Of a stretch of 64,000 bases of DNA, positions 57,433 through 64,000 are shown piece by piece (position 1 is the first letter of the stretch; every line of letters starts with the position of its first letter). The notes below the pieces were generated by a model. That model saw only the letters and a list, made by a program, of their open reading frames with translations. It did not search any database and had not been told where the DNA came from. The stretch is from a virus. Location: IMG/VR virus record IMGVR_UViG_3300012936_000001, positions 64,001-128,000 of that record. One strand, given 5' to 3'. The position numbers were made by a program, and so were the translations under genes.

Positions 57433-60400
57433 ATGTTACTAGATGAACTTTTAGAAAGCGTAATAATGGCAGCGCATGCATTGAACGAAAAAGATGCATC
57501 AAAAAGTCTAGACGAAGTAGAAGGAGATGAGGAGAAAGACGACTTTGGTGAATTTAATAAGTACATTGACAGAATAACAAAGAATTCAAAAAGTTTGGAA
57601 GATTTGCTCAAAAAGGAACTCGGCGACAATGAAGGTGCTAAAAGTATCCTTTTGCCTTTTGAAACTACGCGAACACTCTTGTTAGGGACACAGGAAACGA
57701 TAGCGAATCCAAAAACAGATTTTCAAGATCCAAAAAATGAAAATGCGAAACAAATAAATAGCACTTTGCAAAATTTTATGATCAATCTTGTATCACTGCG
57801 AAGAGGGCTGGAAAGTCTAGCGGAATGGTCAAAAGGCTTAGATAAGATAGGAATTAAGGACGCACAATTTAATAAGTTGTTTGGTGTTGTTCAAAAAGAA
57901 TCAATGATTCATAAATCTAGTCTTTCTTCTCTGCTATTAGAAATGAAATCACCAGAAGACTATCCTGCTGGATCTATTGCAAAAGCGATTGCAAACCTTG
58001 CCAATTTCAACGTTAATCTAAAAGACGTTTTTGACCCAGACGGAAGAGAACATAAATTAGTAATCAATTATTTTAAGAAGCTGGATGACAACATTGGCAA
58101 ATTAGAAAAGACGCTAGGAAACAAAAAAGCACTTGAAAGCGAAATTGATAAATTTTTCAAAACAAGACCAGGCCAAGGTGTCATTGCAGCTGCCTGGTCC
58201 TTTGCTAAGTCAATGGTGGCATCCTTTTTTAAGCCGGCACCTATTGGCGATGGAACAATTCTTAATGCTAGGCAAGCCATGGGATCAATAGAAGAACCAT
58301 CAGGCCTCTTGTTTCTTAGTCCAAAGCAGATCATAGATATAAACGAGAAGGTCAACACTGGTCTCAAGGACATGAAGAAGAATGTCTCTATCGTGCGGGA
58401 CATGCTCGCATTCGGCGGAAAAGACGCAGACAGAATCCAGGCATACATCAAGGATAACGAAATAGAGGCCGACGATTATCTAGAAGATCTAGATGCAAAT
58501 ATAGACTGGGACAAAGAAAAAGACTACAAGAAGCTAAAAGCGGCAATGATATCGTCAGACTATTATGGAGAATCCTATCAGGTTCAAAAAAATCTAATAC
58601 ACAAGAACACGATGCAAAATCTTTTGTTCGAAGACGCAGAAGAATTTGTCGATCTTTGGAATCAATTTCTCTCAAAAGGTAACAACATAACCCAGAAGAC
58701 AAAGGAAGCCGGGACCCTCCTGTTTCCGAAATTATCAGATGATTATGACTGGAGTGGTGAAACCCTAAATTGGGAAAAGAAAAAAGAGCCCGACATGGCT
58801 TTTCCGCAAGGTAGCCTTTATCCCTCCTCTGACGACCCAGAATTTCGAGCGATATTGAAAAAGGTTGAGAAGAAAGAACCTCTCTCAGACGAAGACCAAA
58901 ATAAATTAAAGGAATTAGTGAAGGAAGAACCATATAAAAAAGCAGATCTCGCACAGGCCTTCATCGAAGACAAAGGTAATGATATCAATAACGCAGATTT
59001 GGCCAATCAGATTGCTGACATTATTACGTTAGGTAACGATGAAGTATTGCTGTCTGCGGTTGACGATGACAGAGAGCAGATCAACAAAACCTTAGAAGAA
59101 AAAGGAATCCCGTATGCAATCAACGCAGAAAAGGATGATGACGGCAAACCCATTGCAATTAGATTGATAAGGGTTGAAGATAAGCCAGAGCGCGGAATAA
59201 ATCTGCCCGCCGGTAAGACAAAGGTCTCAAGGGCTGCGATGAAGGCTTTATTTCCCGATAAAGATGAGATAATCACCCAAGCACTCGCCGCGTTAGGAAA
59301 TTACGAATTGATCGAATCTAATAAATTGCTGCACAGAAATTCACTAGCCCAGTTATTATCCGAAGAAAAACAATCGCTATTAAAGTACATTGTTTCTTAT
59401 TATAGCAAGAACGCTATTGATCAAACCCAAAAACACTGGGAAAATACCCCGGGAGCCAAAGACGCGGCACTGAAAAGACTGAACAATATGCTAATACAAA
59501 AGAAAGATGTGCTCAAGGAAAAAGGAATTGATCTTGATGAAGAAATAGAGATTGCCGAAGAAGAGCCAGGTGAAACAACGATTACACTAGAGCCTGGTAA
59601 ATACCCTGATCCAAAAAGCGCCGAGGAGGAACTTGACAGCTCACCTGTGACTGATGATCTACCAACCGCGGAAAAGAAGAAAGTAGCGTCAGTCATGGTT
59701 GGTGTATCACAGAAAGAAACAACGCCTCAAGAAGCTAACGCTGAATTGTTTGGCACTGGCTTGGGAGTAATGACCCCCACAGGTAAACCCTTGGAGTTGG
59801 TCGAAGAGGAACCTCCTCCACCCAAGCCGAAGAAGGAAGAAGGGCAGCCGGTACCCGATGAGAAAGAAACATTTTATTATTCTTTTACACCGCTGAACAC
59901 ATTTAGGCCTACCAAGACCAAAATCGCTACAGTTGAAGAAATCATAGCCAATATGAAGAACGATAGCATCGCGTCGCATATGGTTTATTTATCTGCAAAA
60001 GATGGTTGGTCTATGAACACTTTTGGCTCCTTTGACAACGACTGGCCTCAGGTCCTAGGAGGATCCTCGGATGCTGCCTCTGAGAAAAAAGGCGTCTCAA
60101 AACAAAAAATCAAATCCCTATTCAGCAACACTACTTCGAAATTCTACGACGACCTTGAATATAAATATACCGGCAAAGACGGCAGCAACAGCAAACGTGA
60201 TATGGGCAGTTCGTTGATGATGCATATTCCAAAAGCTATTGCTTCAGCAACCGGCCTGGAGCTGACAGAATCTCGCCTTATTCACAAGTCAAGTCTATCA
60301 TCTCTTCTCAGAGAGGCTTCTGTTTTTGATAAAATATTTGATGAGTTTCATTCTAGTTTTGCTAAGAAAGCGCAAGATAAAGATGGAGGAATATTCAAAA

Positions 60401-61371
60401 AAGAACCATTGAAAAAATTCCTAAGAGGCATTTTTGAGAAGGAAGAATTAAAATCCGTCATGAAAGACTTAGGGGTCGACGATGTTTTCTCCGGTGGAAC
60501 AGATGATGAAGAACCGGAAGCAGACGTTCAACCAGTGAGTGTGCCAAAAACTGGCAGCCCAAAGGAGGATGTGGAGAAAGACCTCAACAAAGCCGGGATC
60601 CAAAATTCGAAAGAAGTTGCTAATGACCTTGATGCGGATGGAGATGGCAATATAACGTCCAAAGAAGCTGAGGATCTTGCAAAGAAAAAGGAGGACATAA
60701 CCGCCAAACCTGGGGAAGACGATTCAACTAATCTTATTGTGGAACCTTCCGCCGAACAGAAAGATTCGGGCACAAAGATAAGCAGAAAAACAGACTTGAG
60801 AGATTTCACCGAAGATGAACAAGATACCATCGAACTGGCGCTTGCCGACATATTAGATGGAGATATTGTAACAGAATCCAGCCTACACAAACTTGGACTA
60901 GGCATTTTACTTGAAAACAAAGCAAACGATTTTGTAGAGCTGTTATTTGATTCTGGCCTAGAAGCTGAGCAGGTTCAAACCATTATCAAGAAGATAAAAG
61001 ACAACAAGGATCTTAGCGACAAATTAAAGAAGCTCGGCATAGATATGGAAGAGACATCAGAAAAATCTATTCCAGGCGTAACTATTCGACCGAAATTTAT
61101 GGACCTCATTAATAAAAAGAAAAAACAACTAGCAACCCAAGCATTCACGCGAGATCCAGAAGAGGGTGGTATAAAAGGTCTTCCTGGGGTCAATGTATTG
61201 AAGAAAATGTTCGGGGACCCGACACAAGTTGCTAATATCGAAAAGACTTATAACTATATTGCCAAGAAAACAGTAAAGGCTCCAATCTTTCCAGAAGGAA
61301 AGCGCAGCCCCAAATCAAAACTTATTCACAAACGTAGTCTTACCGAAGCATTATTTAGTGACGATGACTAG
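57433..61371 (+). CDS. Large putative virion polyprotein with six repeated linker motifs
   Basis: 1312 aa. An [LI]H[KR]xSLxxLLxE-like motif has its His at residues 160, 390, 634, 951, 1152 and 1299; one EF-hand loop. Confidence 0.75.
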   Translation: MLLDELLESVIMAAHALNEKDASKSLDEVEGDEEKDDFGEFNKYIDRITKNSKSLEDLLKKELGDNEGAKSILLPFETTRTLLLGTQETIANPKTDFQDPKNENAKQINSTLQNFMINLVSLRRGLESLAEWSKGLDKIGIKDAQFNKLFGVVQKESMIHKSSLSSLLLEMKSPEDYPAGSIAKAIANLANFNVNLKDVFDPDGREHKLVINYFKKLDDNIGKLEKTLGNKKALESEIDKFFKTRPGQGVIAAAWSFAKSMVASFFKPAPIGDGTILNARQAMGSIEEPSGLLFLSPKQIIDINEKVNTGLKDMKKNVSIVRDMLAFGGKDADRIQAYIKDNEIEADDYLEDLDANIDWDKEKDYKKLKAAMISSDYYGESYQVQKNLIHKNTMQNLLFEDAEEFVDLWNQFLSKGNNITQKTKEAGTLLFPKLSDDYDWSGETLNWEKKKEPDMAFPQGSLYPSSDDPEFRAILKKVEKKEPLSDEDQNKLKELVKEEPYKKADLAQAFIEDKGNDINNADLANQIADIITLGNDEVLLSAVDDDREQINKTLEEKGIPYAINAEKDDDGKPIAIRLIRVEDKPERGINLPAGKTKVSRAAMKALFPDKDEIITQALAALGNYELIESNKLLHRNSLAQLLSEEKQSLLKYIVSYYSKNAIDQTQKHWENTPGAKDAALKRLNNMLIQKKDVLKEKGIDLDEEIEIAEEEPGETTITLEPGKYPDPKSAEEELDSSPVTDDLPTAEKKKVASVMVGVSQKETTPQEANAELFGTGLGVMTPTGKPLELVEEEPPPPKPKKEEGQPVPDEKETFYYSFTPLNTFRPTKTKIATVEEIIANMKNDSIASHMVYLSAKDGWSMNTFGSFDNDWPQVLGGSSDAASEKKGVSKQKIKSLFSNTTSKFYDDLEYKYTGKDGSNSKRDMGSSLMMHIPKAIASATGLELTESRLIHKSSLSSLLREASVFDKIFDEFHSSFAKKAQDKDGGIFKKEPLKKFLRGIFEKEELKSVMKDLGVDDVFSGGTDDEEPEADVQPVSVPKTGSPKEDVEKDLNKAGIQNSKEVANDLDADGDGNITSKEAEDLAKKKEDITAKPGEDDSTNLIVEPSAEQKDSGTKISRKTDLRDFTEDEQDTIELALADILDGDIVTESSLHKLGLGILLENKANDFVELLFDSGLEAEQVQTIIKKIKDNKDLSDKLKKLGIDMEETSEKSIPGVTIRPKFMDLINKKKKQLATQAFTRDPEEGGIKGLPGVNVLKKMFGDPTQVANIEKTYNYIAKKTVKAPIFPEGKRSPKSKLIHKRSLTEALFSDDD

Positions 61372-61380
61372 GAGAAATAA

Positions 61381-61839
61381 ATGAAAAAGAAACTCACAGA
61401 AAAAAGAATCATCAACGCTATACGTAAAGTGTATCGCCAAAGACTGGCAGAAGTCGCCATAGCAGCCGGGCTAGAAGAAGCAGACATGTATGACAAAAGA
61501 GGCAACATGATTCTCTCTCAAGGATTGAAAGTTCGACACAAGGCTTCCGGATATGAATATACTGTAGACCATGTAGAGGGCGACGGAGACGGCGCAGTTA
61601 TATATCTTCGGCACCCAGACCAACCAAGATTCGAAGCAAGCGATTCAAACATGACAATATCAGAATCCGGAGTTTCCGTCGATCTATCCGGTGTAGATTT
61701 ACAGAGAGTCGCTGGCAAAAAGAAAATGCCAAAGGTTCAGCTGAAAAAGAAACCAGATGCCGGAGAGTTGAAAATACCAAAGTCTTCTCTTTTGGCGGTA
61801 AGTAAAGAAGAATTCGACAAAGCATATGAGGTAGAATAA
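61381..61839 (+). CDS. Hypothetical protein with KLTEKRIINAIRK leader
   Basis: AGGAG RBS; beta-rich core GLKVRHK.SGYEYTVDHV. Confidence 0.7.
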   Translation: MKKKLTEKRIINAIRKVYRQRLAEVAIAAGLEEADMYDKRGNMILSQGLKVRHKASGYEYTVDHVEGDGDGAVIYLRHPDQPRFEASDSNMTISESGVSVDLSGVDLQRVAGKKKMPKVQLKKKPDAGELKIPKSSLLAVSKEEFDKAYEVE

Positions 61840-62525
61840 TGGATAGAACAATTAAAAAAATTATCAAAGAGACGTTAGCCGTGAAAGAAAAAGGCCCGAT
61901 AAACGAGTCTTATGTTACTCGAGCAAAGAAATATGATTTACCTACAGAACTATTGTCCGAAAAGAATAAGAAGGCACACCAGGAGCTCTTAGCCAACTAT
62001 GTGGAATCTCTCAATGCGGTCTCTGCGAAACTAGACACTGTATCTCGAGACGATGCTAGCCTAAACCATTCTTCGATTCGTTCACTAAAAATTGATGAAA
62101 CATATAATGCCAACGCTGCTTATCTTCATGCCCTTTTCTTCCAGAACATCTCAGACCTCAAGTCAGTTATCACGATGGATTCTCTTACTTTTATCAGGAT
62201 CGAAAGAGATTTTGGATCTTTTGATGCGTGGCAAAAAGATTTTATTGCAACATGTCTTTCAGCTAGAAATGGATGGGGACTATTGGTATACAATATGTTC
62301 CTAGGAAGATACATGAACGTGGTCGTAGACCTCCATTCTCTCAACGTTCCGATTGCTTCTATTCCTATCTTGATTATGGATTGTTGGGAACATTCATACT
62401 ACAGAGATTATCTTAAAGATCGCAAGACATATGTGTATGCTATGATGAAAGAAATAAATTGGGAAGTAGTAGAAAAAAGAGTCCGTAAAGCAGAAAAGAT
62501 CGCCAAGATTCAGGAGAAAGGATAA
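61839..62525 (+). CDS. Fe/Mn superoxide dismutase-like protein with N-terminal leader
   Basis: Candidate ligands in KAHQEL, YLHALFF and DCWEHSYY; IERDFGSFDAW and INWEVVEKR motifs. Confidence 0.85.
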   Translation: MDRTIKKIIKETLAVKEKGPINESYVTRAKKYDLPTELLSEKNKKAHQELLANYVESLNAVSAKLDTVSRDDASLNHSSIRSLKIDETYNANAAYLHALFFQNISDLKSVITMDSLTFIRIERDFGSFDAWQKDFIATCLSARNGWGLLVYNMFLGRYMNVVVDLHSLNVPIASIPILIMDCWEHSYYRDYLKDRKTYVYAMMKEINWEVVEKRVRKAEKIAKIQEKG

Positions 62526-63232
62526 TGAGATATAAGAGGAATAGGCTTTGGGAACTTGCAGGTATAGTTCATCGATCCGAACTTCTTACCGAAGGAGGTG
62601 ACGATGCCGGTGACGACAAAGAACTAGATGCTGGCGGTGACGACGATGCAGGCGGAGATGATGCAGAAGATTCCGGTGGCGATGATCTTTTCGGCGGAGG
62701 AGACGAAGGCGGCGATGAGGGTGAATCTGGAGGCGATAAGGAAGGTGAAGAAAAAGAAGAAGAGGAGCCTGCCGAAGTTCTCACAGCATCAGAGATTTCT
62801 CGATACGGCACCGGAGAGTTTGAGACCGAGATCGATGAAATCTTTATGACTATTTTTGATCAGGCGAAAGGCCGAGCAAAAGTAAGATCGGAAAAATCTA
62901 TTGGTTATCCTGGAAAAATAGATTTGGAGGAATCAAGAAAATATAGCCTGAGAGTGCTTCTGGAAGAAGCAGACCCAAATTCTGAAGAGTTTGATTTAGT
63001 CTTTTTTACAAATGAAATAGCAAGATACATAAACAACTATACTACTCTGCTAGACGTAGAAGGAATTTTATTTTCGAAGGCAAAGCAATTTTTATTAAAT
63101 CAGCGATCGAAAGAAGAAGCAAATACGTTTGAAGAACTTCTAGCAAGAGATCATGGTCTTAACTTTTCTCATGACGACATATACAAAAAACCACTACCAC
63201 CGGAGGCTGCAGGAGCCAAGGCTTCATCATAA
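62525..63232 (+). CDS. Acidic Gly/Asp-rich putative prohead-associated protein
   Basis: RLWELAGI...LLTE leader, GGDD-rich tract and an internal ESRKYSLRVLLEE. Confidence 0.7.
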   Translation: MRYKRNRLWELAGIVHRSELLTEGGDDAGDDKELDAGGDDDAGGDDAEDSGGDDLFGGGDEGGDEGESGGDKEGEEKEEEEPAEVLTASEISRYGTGEFETEIDEIFMTIFDQAKGRAKVRSEKSIGYPGKIDLEESRKYSLRVLLEEADPNSEEFDLVFFTNEIARYINNYTTLLDVEGILFSKAKQFLLNQRSKEEANTFEELLARDHGLNFSHDDIYKKPLPPEAAGAKASS

Positions 63233-63531
63233 TGTCAAAAAATAAAAGATATGATTTCAGTACAAGGAAGAGCATTCATTTCCACCTGAATAAAAATATT
63301 CACGCAGATCTGAGAATTGCTCTTTTACAAAAAGGTCTCACGATGCAAGATGCTTTAGAGGCATGTTCAGTTTTGATAGCAGAACAACATCCTTTTATGG
63401 AGAAACACCTTGATAAAGTGGTTGAAAGAAAACTTAATGGGGAGAAGCAAATTGCAAAAAGAGAAGCAGAATCAATATACGAAGCTATTGAAAGAGCTAG
63501 AAGACCTGAAGAAAAAGATTCAGGAAATTGA
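63232..63531 (+). CDS. Ribbon-helix-helix-like DNA-binding protein
   Basis: RKSIHFHL (strand), KNIHADLRIALLQKG (helix), TMQDALE (helix). Confidence 0.55.
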   Translation: MSKNKRYDFSTRKSIHFHLNKNIHADLRIALLQKGLTMQDALEACSVLIAEQHPFMEKHLDKVVERKLNGEKQIAKREAESIYEAIERARRPEEKDSGN

Positions 63532-63763
63532 AAAAGAAAAAGAAGAAATGTTAGAAAGAGAAAAGCTTTCTGCCAAAAACCAGAATCTTATTTCTCGTTC
63601 TTTGCTCGACTGTGCACAACAAATTACTGTCATTTCTACAGCTATTCATACATGTTTAGATAGAATTGATGCAATAGATGCGGAGTTTATGGTTCTGAAG
63701 GAAGCCATAGGGCTTAAAAATCAAGATTATAATTTTTTTAATAATGGAACGACCTATAATTAA
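63410..63763 (+). CDS. Coiled-coil hypothetical protein (start uncertain)
   Basis: Heptad-rich ORF; the true start may be 63437 or 63548. Confidence 0.55.
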   Translation: MIKWLKENLMGRSKLQKEKQNQYTKLLKELEDLKKKIQEIEKEKEEMLEREKLSAKNQNLISRSLLDCAQQITVISTAIHTCLDRIDAIDAEFMVLKEAIGLKNQDYNFFNNGTTYN

Positions 63764-63786
63764 TAATGACACCAAAGGAGAAAGTC

Positions 63787-64000
63787 ATGTTGAGTGAAAA
63801 AGAAATTGTCGAAGCAGTAAAGGAAATGCCAAAAGAAGAGAAAAAGTCTTTGTCCGAAAAATTAGCCGAACAATTTTATCTAGATGTAAAAAGTAAAGGC
63901 GTTCTTGATGCTATTCAAGAAAAGGCGGTATCTAGAAAGCTATTAGTTTTTATTGTTGCGACAGCACTGATGTGGTATGGACTTGATCCAGAAACATGGT
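63787..64000 (+). CDS. Membrane protein, possibly holin-like, 3' partial
   Basis: AAGGAG RBS; SRKLLVFIVATALMWYG hydrophobic segment; runs off the window. Confidence 0.55.
   Translation, partial: MLSEKEIVEAVKEMPKEEKKSLSEKLAEQFYLDVKSKGVLDAIQEKAVSRKLLVFIVATALMWYGLDPETW

Noticed and set aside
1-64000. Stop-codon reassignment, as seen in some large phages
   Set aside because: Conserved genes are full length in the standard code, and TAA, TAG and TGA all end genes at the expected places.
1-64000. tRNA genes, CRISPR arrays, introns, inteins, homing endonucleases, integrases
   Set aside because: No spaced repeats or cloverleafs were seen in the short intergenic gaps. DnaE, RNR, RecA and the helicase show no intein-like insertions. 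Checked by eye only.

Overview
A 64-kb segment of a large (jumbo-type) myophage genome. Every credible gene is on the + strand and the standard genetic code fits. Region 1-30.6 kb is the virion module: a ribosomal protein bS21 homologue, scaffold, T4 gp23-like major capsid protein, neck proteins, two tandem tail-sheath paralogues, tail tube, a tail-assembly chaperone with a probable programmed frameshift, tape measure and baseplate. Region 30.6-57.4 kb covers replication, nucleotide metabolism and DNA modification: a compact family-A polymerase, SSB, RecA, 5'-3' exonuclease, DnaB-type helicase, class II RNR, DnaE, ThyX, a dCMP-hydroxymethylase-type TS-fold enzyme, dUTPase, dCMP deaminase, three amino-methyltransferases and Fpg. 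ClpP, a Dps-like protein, an ADP-ribosyltransferase, an amidase endolysin and a J-domain protein are interspersed. The most striking pattern is a shared grammar of short basic/amphipathic leaders ending in [LIV]-x-E, the specificity of T4 gp21-type prohead proteases, on many unrelated proteins. It includes a 1312-aa protein punctuated six times by an [LI]H[KR]xSLxxLLxE-like linker (candidate capsid-packaged polyprotein) and an Ntn-hydrolase whose putative catalytic Cys lies directly after such a site. Two promoter classes are visible: ATANTTAT about 30-40 nt before structural genes, and sigma70-like NTGTAA-N17-TATAAT before metabolic genes. All calls come from motif recognition by eye; no database searches were run.
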